DNA from: Candidatus Gastranaerophilales bacterium | Lineage (GTDB): Bacteria; Cyanobacteriota; Vampirovibrionia; Gastranaerophilales; Gastranaerophilaceae | DNA: 64,000 bases | Direction: 5' to 3' | Assembly: GCA_944324135.1 (NCBI GenBank) | Contig: CALUVE010000001.1 | Coordinates: 35,241 to 99,240, forward strand | Shown here: in pieces, positions 9,662-19,419 of the stretch | How positions within the stretch are numbered: the first letter of the stretch is position 1 | Layout of the letters: every line of letters begins with the position of its first letter | Notes under the pieces: generated by a model | Told to the model about the DNA's origin: nothing | The model's database searches: none | Seen by the model: the letters and a program-made list of their open reading frames with translations, nothing else | Program-made: the position numbers and the translations under genes

Positions 9662-10333
9662 ATGGAAATTTTCTACATTAATTCAGATACCTTTTTGAAT
9701 AATATTGACATTAAATCTCTTGATTCATTTCTTGAAGATAAATCTTTTAAATCGGAAAAACAAAAATTACAGTTTTGTCTCGGAAGATTTCTCGTAAAAT
9801 ACACCGGAATTAATCAATACGGGGTTAAAAATCCGGAGATTGAAATTGTAAACAAAAAACCGAAATTTAAGTATTCCGACATAAATTTCAGCATTTCACA
9901 TTCAAAAAATATAATCCTTGCGGCGTTCGATGACCATCCCGTCGGGGTTGATATTGAGTTTATGAAACCGAGAAAATTTGAAGAAATTTTCAAATATTAC
10001 AATCTAAATATCAAAAATCCTACGGATGAATATTTCTACAGATTCTGGACAGAATACGAAGCCGGTATAAAGCTCCAGCTGCCGGCAAAATCAACGGCTG
10101 TTTTCAGGGTGAATAATTTTATGCTCGCCGTGAAAAGTTATTCCTCTTTAGGAATCAAAAGCAGGCTTAGAATATATGAACTCAAAAGTCCTGTTGTCAA
10201 TACAAACCCGAGTGAACTGATAAGTTTAAACCCGGTTAAAGACAGCAGGAAGAACGAAAATACGCTGGTCATACAGGACATAAACACTGCATCTTTGACA
10301 AGTTTTTCTCCGTTGAATCTGAATATTGAATAA
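9662..10333 (+). CDS. 4'-phosphopantetheinyl transferase, Sfp type
   Basis: FSISHS, GVDIEFM and FWTEYEAGIKL (W/FxxKEAxxK) motifs. The last ~65 aa are low-complexity and antisense to the MMPL gene. Confidence 0.7.
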   Translation: MEIFYINSDTFLNNIDIKSLDSFLEDKSFKSEKQKLQFCLGRFLVKYTGINQYGVKNPEIEIVNKKPKFKYSDINFSISHSKNIILAAFDDHPVGVDIEFMKPRKFEEIFKYYNLNIKNPTDEYFYRFWTEYEAGIKLQLPAKSTAVFRVNNFMLAVKSYSSLGIKSRLRIYELKSPVVNTNPSELISLNPVKDSRKNENTLVIQDINTASLTSFSPLNLNIE

Positions 10334-12270
10334 TCAAGGCTGAAACCGATTATCAAAAACATAGCGATTACATGAAACAAATTCAGCCCGATATGTAAAA
10401 GTCCTAAAAGCCCGGTAGTAAAGATGCACGCACAAAGTGACGGCAAAATAATTCTCGCCGCATTTTTAGGCTTGTAAATAACAGCAAGCAGTGCATATAA
10501 AAGCAAAAATACAGGAATTAAAAGTTTTGCACAATTAATACGGCATTCCTTGACAAGATTTGAAATGTCCTCACGCACATTGTAAAATTCAGCACCGCCA
10601 ACCTGTTTTATCACATCTGGATTGTTAAAATCATACAAAATCATAAGTGATTTATTAGCCCCGAGGAAAAAGTTTTCTAAAAACGGAAAAGTTTCTTTAT
10701 CAAATTCAAGATAATCTCCGGCAGGAACTTTTGAACTTGCCTTAAGCGCTGTTGTATACGGAGAAATTTCTGTCTCGTACAATCTCTGCATCAGGGCTCT
10801 GTTTTTTTCCTGTGTTTTTATAGACGGAATATATTTGCTGATAGCCTGATATTTGGTGTCACCGAGAAGTTTTGCAACCTGCTCTTCTTTTTCCAGAACC
10901 TCCTGCAGATTTTTTCCCTCCACCACAACAAAAGAAGTTTTTGGATTTATACCGGCAACGTCTGCAAAAATTTTCTCTGCATTTGATAACTTTTCAGACG
11001 GCTTGTACATACTTCTTATGTCATCATTTGTCCTCACAAAAAACATCCCGCTCAATGCAACTATTGCCATTACTATAAGAATATTTTTTGCAATTCGCGG
11101 TGCAAAATTAAAATTCCATCTGACGCCCGGATTTGTATTATTTAAGTCAATTTTTTTACTTATTAGAGGATAAAAAAGTACGACAAACAAATAAACCGTA
11201 ATAAGTCCCGTGATAGTAAACACCGCTATTTGTCTCAAAAGTTCCGTGTGTGAAAAGTACAATACAAGAAATGCCGAAATTGTCGTAAGCAGACTTACGG
11301 ATAAACTTTTGAAAATTTCTTTGATAACATCATCACCGCTTTTGTCCTCTGTTTTGCAAACAAAATAATGCAGAGAATAGTCAACCGAAATACCAATTAA
11401 TGTTGTTGAAAAAACAAATGTCAAAACGTGTATTGCAGGAAACATCAGCGCCGTTACAAAATATCCCGCAAGCGCGCCTAATATTATACTTGTCGCAATC
11501 GGGAGGAGAATCGTCGGTTTTTTGAAATAATTCAGACATAAAAATAAAACAAAAAGTGCTGAAATTATCCCGATAATATTTATCTCAACCATAGACCTGC
11601 TGCTTGCATAATACGAGTGAACCGGCGTACCTGTCAGATAAACTTCCACGCCGTTTTCGGATAAACTTTTCTGCAGTTGAATTATTTTTTTAACCTGTTT
11701 GTTTAAAAGTGACGGGGAGAGAGCTATATTTTTATCAAATTCATAATTCAAAATTCTATAGTATTTATCATTGTGGTTAATAATGCTGTCAGGATTAATG
11801 TTGTCTCCGAGATTCATAATATAATCAGTGAACAGCAAAAACGGATCTTCCTCCGGCTCTAAAAGAGAAAATCCCAACGGATTATAAATCATTTCTATGG
11901 TATTTTCTTTAACTTTTTTATAATCATTTTTCTCTAAAAGTTCTGCTGTATTTTTTGACAACAAACCACCGCGGGAAGTTTTATATATTTCAAGAATTTT
12001 GTTACCGTCAACAGATATAGATTTCAAATTATTTTTGAGAGCAAGTTCCTCAAATTTGTCAGCTGTATCGCTCACTTCTTCAGGTTCTTCACCCTCTATC
12101 AAAACGTTAATTTTAGCAGAATACATGTTGCTCAAATCAAGAAGATTTGACTGCTTCTGCGGAACTACCATGCGCAAAATATTTGTCTCTGTTATTGCCG
12201 GATTTTTCAGTGCAAAAAATGCAAGCAAAAGAAATAATCCGATGTATAAAATTCTTAAAAATTTTTTCAT
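10138..12270 (-). CDS. MMPL/RND-superfamily lipid exporter (ApeM-like)
   Basis: Two blocks of multiple TM helices separated by large soluble loops. Start taken at MKKFLRILY (TAATG overlap with the LolA-like gene) rather than the upstream MRERI. Confidence 0.8.
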   Translation of the reverse strand: MKKFLRILYIGLFLLLAFFALKNPAITETNILRMVVPQKQSNLLDLSNMYSAKINVLIEGEEPEEVSDTADKFEELALKNNLKSISVDGNKILEIYKTSRGGLLSKNTAELLEKNDYKKVKENTIEMIYNPLGFSLLEPEEDPFLLFTDYIMNLGDNINPDSIINHNDKYYRILNYEFDKNIALSPSLLNKQVKKIIQLQKSLSENGVEVYLTGTPVHSYYASSRSMVEINIIGIISALFVLFLCLNYFKKPTILLPIATSIILGALAGYFVTALMFPAIHVLTFVFSTTLIGISVDYSLHYFVCKTEDKSGDDVIKEIFKSLSVSLLTTISAFLVLYFSHTELLRQIAVFTITGLITVYLFVVLFYPLISKKIDLNNTNPGVRWNFNFAPRIAKNILIVMAIVALSGMFFVRTNDDIRSMYKPSEKLSNAEKIFADVAGINPKTSFVVVEGKNLQEVLEKEEQVAKLLGDTKYQAISKYIPSIKTQEKNRALMQRLYETEISPYTTALKASSKVPAGDYLEFDKETFPFLENFFLGANKSLMILYDFNNPDVIKQVGGAEFYNVREDISNLVKECRINCAKLLIPVFLLLYALLAVIYKPKNAARIILPSLCACIFTTGLLGLLHIGLNLFHVIAMFLIIGFSLDYSIFRFNGEKLVKDAVFMSCMTSVFSFFLLSLTGFKLISSLGFVLTTGLLSSYILSLLLIPKEE

Positions 12271-12779
12271 TATTCTTTCCCGCATTCAAATAAAATTTCA
12301 GTTTCACCACTGTTAACCGTGTCTATAAAAATTCTGTCAATATCCTTGCTGCCGTCAATGGTTACACTGTTCAAATGTTTTTTAATTACATCTCTTTTCG
12401 GATTCAAAACCAGCTGCCATTTATCATCCAGTTTTGTGAAATTTAAATCAAAATTTTTATCAAGATATGAGTAATCTTTTTTTGCCACCGCAAGAATAAT
12501 ATCATTAATATGTTTTGTTCTCGGGGATTCATAGCCCGTAATCATGTGTATCGGGTACATTGTCTCAAAAATAACCCCTTTGTTCTCTATAAATTGAAAA
12601 TTTCCGCCGGAATTTAATTCAAGGTCATCACGAGTTTTTTTCTGCGTAAATGTGCAGGAAACATTTTTTAGTTCCGGAATTTGTTCTGCAATTTCTTTTG
12701 CATTTTTCTTACTTCCAAATGCTGATGCCGTGTTTATGCTGATGGATAAAACCAGCAAAATTAACAAAATCTTTTTCAT
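12270..12779 (-). CDS. LolA-like outer-membrane lipoprotein carrier family protein (ApeL-like)
   Basis: Signal peptide plus a CTFTQKK...GGNFQF pattern typical of the LolA fold. Sits between the thioesterase and the MMPL exporter, as in APE clusters. Confidence 0.6.
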   Translation of the reverse strand: MKKILLILLVLSISINTASAFGSKKNAKEIAEQIPELKNVSCTFTQKKTRDDLELNSGGNFQFIENKGVIFETMYPIHMITGYESPRTKHINDIILAVAKKDYSYLDKNFDLNFTKLDDKWQLVLNPKRDVIKKHLNSVTIDGSKDIDRIFIDTVNSGETEILFECGKE

Positions 12780-12784
12780 AATTT

Positions 12785-13201
12785 TTATATCTTACACTCC
12801 TCAAAAATTTCCTTAAGTCTGACCGGTGCACTATGGATACTTTCCCCGCTGTGTGCGTCAATACAGATTTGCATACTGCGGGCTTTCAAGAGTTTTTCTC
12901 CTGTTGATGCATCAGTAATTATATACTTTATTATTATACACGGTTCTATTTCTTCCAGCAAGGTCGTTACTATAATTTTTTGCCCGAACCTGCAGGATTT
13001 TATGAATTTTAAATCCATTTTAGCAACAGGATATGCAACCCCGTCGTTTTTCATATCTTCATAAGTGTATCTGAGTTGCCTGAACATTTCGCATCTTGCA
13101 GCCTCCAGATATTTGACATAATTCCCGTGCCATACAACATTCATCGGATCCAAATCATAAAACGGTATTTCCAGTACTAATGAAGATTCAAATTTAACCA
13201 T
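12785..13201 (-). CDS. 4HBT/YbgC-type hotdog acyl-thioesterase (ApeK-like)
   Basis: YDLDPMNVVWHGNYVKYLEAAR N-terminal signature of 4HBT thioesterases; 138 aa. Confidence 0.8.
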   Translation of the reverse strand: MVKFESSLVLEIPFYDLDPMNVVWHGNYVKYLEAARCEMFRQLRYTYEDMKNDGVAYPVAKMDLKFIKSCRFGQKIIVTTLLEEIEPCIIIKYIITDASTGEKLLKARSMQICIDAHSGESIHSAPVRLKEIFEECKI

Positions 13202-13234
13202 TGTAAAACCTCTATTTTGTTTTAATAATTTTGC

Positions 13235-14824
13235 TTATTTTACGAATATACCCGATGAATAAATTTTGTCATCCGACAGGTAGGTATATTCAACCGAATT
13301 TTCTTTTTCTTTTATCATAAGAGTGACCTCTTTATCCGGTGAAATTATATTAGAAAATTTAACTTTTTTAGCCTCAGTCAACGGCAATTTTATACCGAGA
13401 AAATTCTCCGTAAAAAAGTCAGCAAAAAATAATTGTACGACCCCGGGAACAATCGGAAAGTTTTCAAAATGTCCGTTGAAAAAGTTGGAATTTTTATAAA
13501 AAATCATTTTTAACTCAAGCGAATTTTTGTCAATTTTTTTTGAAGTGATTAACGGAAAAGATAAATTTAAATCGAATAATTTTTCTATTTTTTCTTTATC
13601 AATTTTTCCGGTTTGTGTTGTTGGAATTTCCGGTATAAATTTCCACTTTTTCGGTAAAATTTCCGAGAAATTTTTGCCGAAATTTTTAATTTCCTGAACA
13701 ATTTTCAACTTGCCGTTTTTTATAAAAAATTCCATCCCTTTTTGTGTCAGGACGACAGCTGATGCAAGATTATCTCCATATTTCAAACAGTAATTTTCTT
13801 TTACAAATTCGTGTTTATTTAAAATGGATTCTATCTCACTCAAAAGGACTCTTTTTTCCATAATTTTTACGATTCTGTCAGTACGATTTTTTAGAACAAA
13901 TTGATTTTCACCGACCATTTCATAGGCATCTGCAATTGTGAGAAAATCTTCCAAAAAATATTCTGAACTTACTGTTATTATATCTGCGGAAGTATCAAGT
14001 TTTACATGATTTACGAGAGTCAGTTTTTCTTCGCTGGAGTCTGTTCTGTACGCAATTGTAGAAGTTTCTGTGCTGCCGTAAATGTCAACAACTTTCGAAT
14101 TTTTTTCAAAAATTTCAAAAGTTTTTTTCTTCAATTTTGAACCTGCCGTAAAAATTATTTCAGGATAATTTTTCATTTTGTAATCAATAATTCTGTCAAG
14201 AAATGCCGGAGTGGAAATCAAAATATAATTCTCTCTTAAATCCAACTCTTCAGGAAAATTCACCCTGTCTGTATCAATAATAAAACGGAAAGCAAACGGC
14301 AGAATGAAATAAAAAGTTAAACTAAACATGTGCGCAGGATTTGTGGTAGCAGCAACGGTCGTTCCCTGCGGATAATCCTTATAAAATTGCTCATAAATAT
14401 CATTGCTTTCTGCAATAATATTATACAAACTTTTTTTGAATTTTTTGGGAGAAGATGTTGAACCGGAAGTAAATAAAATTATAGAAATTTCTTTTGGATT
14501 TACTGTCGGAAATTTGTAATTTTCTACATCAAATTCTTCAAAATTTTCCGGCAGAATATAATCAATATCCAGCTGTTTCAGTCTCGCTTTATCAGTCAGC
14601 AAAAATATATTTTTTTCAGCAAAAACGGCACCAAAAAAATTAATCATAAAATCAAAATTTGAATCACCGAAAAGCACAACATTTTCTTTATCGGATTTTA
14701 AAAAATTTTCTCTCTGAAACGCAACAAATTTTTTAATTTCTTTGAGCGTAAATTCGTGACCGTTTTTTCTCAAAAACGGCTGGTTATCATATTCATTTTT
14801 TGTAAAAAAATCTATAAAATTCAT
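13235..14824 (-). CDS. Adenylate-forming acyl/aryl-ACP ligase fused to a C-terminal FabA/FabZ-like hotdog dehydratase (ApeH+ApeI-like)
   Basis: ILFTSGSTSSPKK (A3 core) and DIYGSTET (A5) motifs. The C-terminal ~110 aa carry FNGHFENFPIVPGVVQ (HFxxxPxxPG dehydratase motif). Confidence 0.75.
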   Translation of the reverse strand: MNFIDFFTKNEYDNQPFLRKNGHEFTLKEIKKFVAFQRENFLKSDKENVVLFGDSNFDFMINFFGAVFAEKNIFLLTDKARLKQLDIDYILPENFEEFDVENYKFPTVNPKEISIILFTSGSTSSPKKFKKSLYNIIAESNDIYEQFYKDYPQGTTVAATTNPAHMFSLTFYFILPFAFRFIIDTDRVNFPEELDLRENYILISTPAFLDRIIDYKMKNYPEIIFTAGSKLKKKTFEIFEKNSKVVDIYGSTETSTIAYRTDSSEEKLTLVNHVKLDTSADIITVSSEYFLEDFLTIADAYEMVGENQFVLKNRTDRIVKIMEKRVLLSEIESILNKHEFVKENYCLKYGDNLASAVVLTQKGMEFFIKNGKLKIVQEIKNFGKNFSEILPKKWKFIPEIPTTQTGKIDKEKIEKLFDLNLSFPLITSKKIDKNSLELKMIFYKNSNFFNGHFENFPIVPGVVQLFFADFFTENFLGIKLPLTEAKKVKFSNIISPDKEVTLMIKEKENSVEYTYLSDDKIYSSGIFVK

Positions 14825-15222
14825 TCGTATTTTTTCTTCATTATTATGCGGATAATATATTCAATGATAAAGAAAGTGCCGACCGCCAGATAAGATATAC
14901 AGCCGTTATAAATCATCCAGATTTTGTCAGCCATAAACACTGTTAAAAGTGCGATTAGAAAATTCACAAACAGAAAAACACACCAGATGTATGTCAAATT
15001 TCTGGTATATTTTTTTGAAAAATCGCTGAGCTCCCCGCCCTCCATCATTCTCGCAATTTTTTGTATAACAGTTTCTTTCATAAAAAGCGAAGAAAAGAAT
15101 ACCGCAAAAAATGAAAAATCCATTATGACCGGATAAAGTTTAAATGCGAAAATTCTGGTATACCAGAACAAAAAAATTACCATTAAAGTAAAAGATATAG
15201 GTAATAAAAATCTTAATTTCAT
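14821..15222 (-). CDS. Small integral membrane protein (ApeG-position)
   Basis: 133 aa with about 4 predicted TM helices. Has 4-nt overlaps with both neighbours. Confidence 0.5.
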   Translation of the reverse strand: MKLRFLLPISFTLMVIFLFWYTRIFAFKLYPVIMDFSFFAVFFSSLFMKETVIQKIARMMEGGELSDFSKKYTRNLTYIWCVFLFVNFLIALLTVFMADKIWMIYNGCISYLAVGTFFIIEYIIRIIMKKKYE

Positions 15223-15473
15223 TTCAACAAATCTTCTATAGCGTTAACCACATCATCAACGGTTTTAATCTGCTTAAAATTTTCCGGCGCAATTTTTTTG
15301 TCGGTAAAATATTGCAATTTGACGGCTAAATCAACCGCGTCAATACTGTCGAGCTCCAAATCATCAAAAAGACTTGCTTGAGGATGGATTTTTGCTTCAT
15401 CTATTTCAAAATCGTCAGTCAAAATTTCGGTTAATTTATTGCTGATTTCTTCTCTTGTAAATTGTTTAGCCAA
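15219..15473 (-). CDS. Acyl carrier protein
   Basis: 84 aa with the LELDSIDAVDL phosphopantetheine attachment motif. Confidence 0.8.
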   Translation of the reverse strand: MAKQFTREEISNKLTEILTDDFEIDEAKIHPQASLFDDLELDSIDAVDLAVKLQYFTDKKIAPENFKQIKTVDDVVNAIEDLLK

Positions 15474-15723
15474 TACCCTGCCCCCTTATATAATCTGCAA
15501 GCGTTTTTACGGAATAGAAAAGTTCAGAATTTTCGTCCTTATCAGAACTCAAAGTCAAATTATACTTCTTTTTTAATGCCATACCGAGTTCGAGCGCGTC
15601 AATAGAATCCAGCCCCAGTCCCTCGTTAAAAAGCGGCTCTTCATCTTTTATATCGTCAACGCTTATATCTTCCAGCTCCAACGATTTTATAATCAATTTT
15701 TTAATATCTTCTTCTAAACTCAT
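15466..15723 (-). CDS. Acyl carrier protein (second, tandem)
   Basis: 85 aa with the LGLDSIDALEL attachment motif. Confidence 0.8.
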   Translation of the reverse strand: MSLEEDIKKLIIKSLELEDISVDDIKDEEPLFNEGLGLDSIDALELGMALKKKYNLTLSSDKDENSELFYSVKTLADYIRGQGIG

Positions 15724-15787
15724 AATTTTTTATATCCCTAATTCCTGTGTCTATAAAATTTTAACCTGATAAAATATTAAAGTCAAT

Positions 15788-16525
15788 TTATTGAGTTATT
15801 GCGCTCTTAATCTTTTCTGAGATGTGGTTTCTGAGTTTGATTTCGGTAAGATTCTCTGTATCAAAGTCTTTGAGGCTTATGGTCGGCTGAATTTCCAGAA
15901 TATAATTGACTATATGGTCTCCCGCGTCAAGCATTGATTTATTTTTTTGCAAAAATTCATAATCACAGTCAATTTTGATTGGAATAATATCAACTCCAGA
16001 GGCAATAGCAAGCTGTGCTGCGCCTTTATGGATTTTTATATCCTCACCTTTTTTAGTACGCGTGCCTGTCGGGAATATAACAATATTAAACCCCTCTTGC
16101 AGCAGTTGTTTTGCCTCTAATATAAACTGTTCGCTGTCGCCTCCGTTCAGGATATAGGCGTGTTTTACGATATTGCGCATAATAAAATTTTTCATCAGCC
16201 CCTGTTTGGCTATACATACGGAATTCGGAATTTTACCTATCAAAAGCACAATATCAATAAGGCTAGGATGAGAAGCAACAATGATTTTCCCGTGAATATC
16301 CTCAAAGCTGCCGGAAGTTTTAACCCTTACACAGCCTGCAATTTGGATTAAAGATGTAAAAATTTTCCAAGAATAATGCACTATAGCAGTGTAATATTTT
16401 CTGCGGTATTTTTCAGGCACAAAAACAGCCCCTAGCGGAAATACTATGAAACTCAAGCCGCAAGAACCCAGCCCGAAAATTGTAACACATATTAAAACAG
16501 ATATTATCCTGAAAAATCTTATCAT
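15788..16525 (-). CDS. PlsC-type lysophospholipid/1-acylglycerol-3-phosphate acyltransferase (ApeD-like)
   Basis: N-terminal TM helix, ASHPSLIDIV (HxxxxD) and FPTGTRT (FPEGTR) motifs. Confidence 0.8.
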   Translation of the reverse strand: MIRFFRIISVLICVTIFGLGSCGLSFIVFPLGAVFVPEKYRRKYYTAIVHYSWKIFTSLIQIAGCVRVKTSGSFEDIHGKIIVASHPSLIDIVLLIGKIPNSVCIAKQGLMKNFIMRNIVKHAYILNGGDSEQFILEAKQLLQEGFNIVIFPTGTRTKKGEDIKIHKGAAQLAIASGVDIIPIKIDCDYEFLQKNKSMLDAGDHIVNYILEIQPTISLKDFDTENLTEIKLRNHISEKIKSAITQ

Positions 16526-17124
16526 CAGAGTTTCCTCAGTATGTAAAAATCAGTTACATATTCATTTTTTCCGTTCAAAAAGTCTATAAAAGCTTCAAAA
16601 CTGCTGTTTTCCGGATATTTAGCATTATTCGGGAGCAGCTCTGCTTTTATTGCACCATCTCTTGGCGTCCCACCGAATACACATGCACAACTTTTAAGCC
16701 CGCCGACAGATTCTGCAAAACAAAAGAGCACATCTCCGTCTGTAATTATACTTTCCAAAATTCCGGCAGGAAGACTATTTTCACCGGCAGAGATTGAATT
16801 ATAAGGTGCATTAATCTTGTGCAGAAGCGAAAAAAGCCCCACAGAGGAATTATGCACGGAAAAACTAAACCCCGTCGGAGACATTTCTCCCTCTGTATTT
16901 TTCTGCTCAAGCAGCTTTTTAACACGTTCAATTTCCCCGTAATTTGAGGCATATACAAGATTTACATCGCCGCCGTCATAAACTTCATTCATTGTATAAA
17001 TGGCGGCTTTCCCGATATGGCTCAGTTTTCTGCGGGTGAGCATCGGCAAAAAACCTACATCCGGAATGTCGTCTTTAATGTATGAAGATTTGTATATATA
17101 GAATGTCTTATTAAACTCATTCAT
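16525..17124 (-). CDS. Ketosynthase-like chain-length-factor-type protein without the active-site Cys context (ApeC-like)
   Basis: 199 aa with N-terminal KS-fold-like sequence (SPTGFSFSVHNS). Position and size match the short KS partner of APE clusters. Overlaps the next gene by 1 nt. Confidence 0.55.
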   Translation of the reverse strand: MNEFNKTFYIYKSSYIKDDIPDVGFLPMLTRRKLSHIGKAAIYTMNEVYDGGDVNLVYASNYGEIERVKKLLEQKNTEGEMSPTGFSFSVHNSSVGLFSLLHKINAPYNSISAGENSLPAGILESIITDGDVLFCFAESVGGLKSCACVFGGTPRDGAIKAELLPNNAKYPENSSFEAFIDFLNGKNEYVTDFYILRKL

Positions 17125-17162
17125 GATACTATAATAATATAGTCGTTGGTAAAAATAAAGTT

Positions 17163-18260
17163 ATGGGAAAAATTTTCATTACAAAAACATCAGCAATATG
17201 CTGTCTTGGTCAAGATATCGGGAAGATTTTCAAAAACGCGCTGGACGGTGTCCTGCGTGAGCATAAAATAACGGCGGATTTGCCTCAAATTTCAGACCCC
17301 GACTATAATTTGCGCTGCAATCAAATTCTACTTCACTGCGTAAACAGTATGCGTCCTGAAATTGATAATTTAATCAAAAAATACGGAAAAGACCGTATCG
17401 GTATCGTAATAGGTACAACAAACTCGGGCATTCAAGAGTTTGAGGAAACCGGAAAACTTAAATACGTACAATTCGGCAACCCAGCGGAATTTCTGGCTAA
17501 ATATTTCGGGTTCACAAACTTTTATGCATCTGTCTCAACAGCCTGCACCTCCGGTGTTAAGGTATTTTCTACGGCAATGAAACTATTGAACAGCGGAATT
17601 TGTGATGCAGTTATCGCAGGCGGTACAGAGCCTATGGCGGATTTACCAATATACGGATTCGGCGCGCTCGAGGTTTTGTCTGACAAACTTACAAACCCTA
17701 TGAGCAAAAACCGAAAAGGTATGAATATTGGCGAGGGTGGAGCGCTTTTTCTTCTGGAAAAAGAGGCGTCCTGTGACGGGTTAGAAATTCTCGGGCTTGG
17801 CGAGACCTCAGATGCTTATCACGCAGCAACTCCCGACCCTGACGGAGAACAGGCAGCCCGTGCAATTGAAATAGCGCTTAAGCAGGGCGGGCTGAAACCT
17901 GAAGATATTGATTATATAAACATGCACGGTACAGGAACTGTCAGCAACGATATTATGGAGGCAAATGCAATAAGCAAAGTATTCGGAAATAAAGTGTATG
18001 CAAGTTCCACAAAACCACTTACAGGGCACTGCCTCGGAGCAGCAGCAAGTGTTGAGATTGCTATGTGCTGCCGGATGCTCTCTGACAACCCTGAACATAA
18101 ACTTCTCCCGCATATCTATGACGGGGTTTATGATGAAACGCTGCCTGAAATCAAACTCGCAGGCAAAAATTCCCGCTCCGACAAACTCAATATCTGTATG
18201 TCAAATTCGTTTGGTTTTGGCGGGACTAACGCCGTTATAATTATAGGGAAAAAGAAATAA
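17163..18260 (+). CDS. Beta-ketoacyl-ACP synthase (ApeO-like)
   Basis: Active-site STACTSG, MHGTGT, GHCLGAA and C-terminal NSFGFGGTN motifs. Confidence 0.85.
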   Translation: MGKIFITKTSAICCLGQDIGKIFKNALDGVLREHKITADLPQISDPDYNLRCNQILLHCVNSMRPEIDNLIKKYGKDRIGIVIGTTNSGIQEFEETGKLKYVQFGNPAEFLAKYFGFTNFYASVSTACTSGVKVFSTAMKLLNSGICDAVIAGGTEPMADLPIYGFGALEVLSDKLTNPMSKNRKGMNIGEGGALFLLEKEASCDGLEILGLGETSDAYHAATPDPDGEQAARAIEIALKQGGLKPEDIDYINMHGTGTVSNDIMEANAISKVFGNKVYASSTKPLTGHCLGAAASVEIAMCCRMLSDNPEHKLLPHIYDGVYDETLPEIKLAGKNSRSDKLNICMSNSFGFGGTNAVIIIGKKK

Positions 18261-18700
18261 TGAAATACAATCTTGAAAAAGTTCTGCCGCATAAATATCC
18301 GATGATTTTAATTGATGACATTCTTGAAGTTAATCTTCAGGAACACTACATTGTCTGCTCTGTTGATATTAAAAAAGACAAAATCTTTTTTGACAAAGAC
18401 GGGGTAAATCCGCTTGTCGGGATAGAATTTATGGCGCAGACTATCGGATGCTATTCATATTTTAAAAACAACGAACGCACCCCGAAAGTAGGTTTTTTAC
18501 TCGGCACAAGATCTTACAAAAACACACTTGAAAAATTTGAAGAGGGTAAAACCTACACGGTAAAAGCCAAAGAGGTATATGGCGGTTCTGACCTTGTTTC
18601 CTTTGAGTGTTTTATTTATAATGGTGATGAAGAGTGCGCAAATGCAATAGTAAATGCATATATGCCGGAAGATACCGTAGATTTTGAAGAGGTGAAATGA
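18260..18700 (+). CDS. Hotdog-fold 3-hydroxyacyl-ACP dehydratase (ApeP-like)
   Basis: 146 aa with the LPHKYPMILIDDI N-terminus typical of APE/flexirubin-cluster dehydratases. Overlaps the KS gene by 1 nt. Confidence 0.7.
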   Translation: MKYNLEKVLPHKYPMILIDDILEVNLQEHYIVCSVDIKKDKIFFDKDGVNPLVGIEFMAQTIGCYSYFKNNERTPKVGFLLGTRSYKNTLEKFEEGKTYTVKAKEVYGGSDLVSFECFIYNGDEECANAIVNAYMPEDTVDFEEVK

Positions 18701-19419
18701 ACAAACAGATATTGATTACAGGTTCAAGCCGCGGAATAGGACGCGAAACAGCCGTATATCTTGCACAAAACGGTTATGATATTGTCCTGCACTATAACAG
18801 AACAGTTCCGGCTGATGTACAAAAAGAAATTGAAGCTCTCGGGCAAAAAGCACGTGTGTTAAAATTTGATGTCCAAAACAGAGAAGAATGCAGCCGTGTT
18901 CTTCTTGACGATATTTCAAAACACGATATGTACTACGGAATAGTTGTAAATGCAGGAATTTCCCGCGACAATGTATTTCCGGCAATGCAGGACAGCGAAT
19001 GGGATGATGTTTTAAATACTAATTTAGGCGGTTTTTACAATGTTTTACGTCCACTGGTAATGCCGATGATAGAAAAACGCATCAAGGGAAGAATCGTTAC
19101 CCTGTCAAGCGTTTCCGGCTTATGCGGAAACCGCGGTCAGGTAAACTACAGTGCGTCAAAAGCAGGAATTATAGGTGCAACAAAAGCTTTGAGTCTTGAA
19201 CTTGCCAAACGCGGAATCACGGTCAACTGCGTAGCCCCGGGTGCGATTGAAACCGATATGACAAAAGATTTGCCAGTTGATGAGATGAAAAAAATGATTC
19301 CGATGAAACGTCTGGGCAGACCAAAAGAGGTTGCAAGTCTTATAAATTATCTGATGAGTGAAGATGCCTCCTATATTACAGGACAGGTAATTTCCGTAAA
19401 CGGAGGACTGTATCTGTGA
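18697..19419 (+). CDS. 3-oxoacyl-ACP reductase, SDR family (FabG/ApeQ-like)
   Basis: TGSSRGIG cofactor motif, NAG, and the catalytic Y-x3-K in YSASKAG. Confidence 0.9.
   Translation: MNKQILITGSSRGIGRETAVYLAQNGYDIVLHYNRTVPADVQKEIEALGQKARVLKFDVQNREECSRVLLDDISKHDMYYGIVVNAGISRDNVFPAMQDSEWDDVLNTNLGGFYNVLRPLVMPMIEKRIKGRIVTLSSVSGLCGNRGQVNYSASKAGIIGATKALSLELAKRGITVNCVAPGAIETDMTKDLPVDEMKKMIPMKRLGRPKEVASLINYLMSEDASYITGQVISVNGGLYL

Noticed and set aside
10853-11173. Plus-strand ORFs of 68-106 aa lie inside the MMPL gene.
   Set aside because: They are antisense to a TM-rich CDS with Ser/Phe-rich shadow translations and no independent support.
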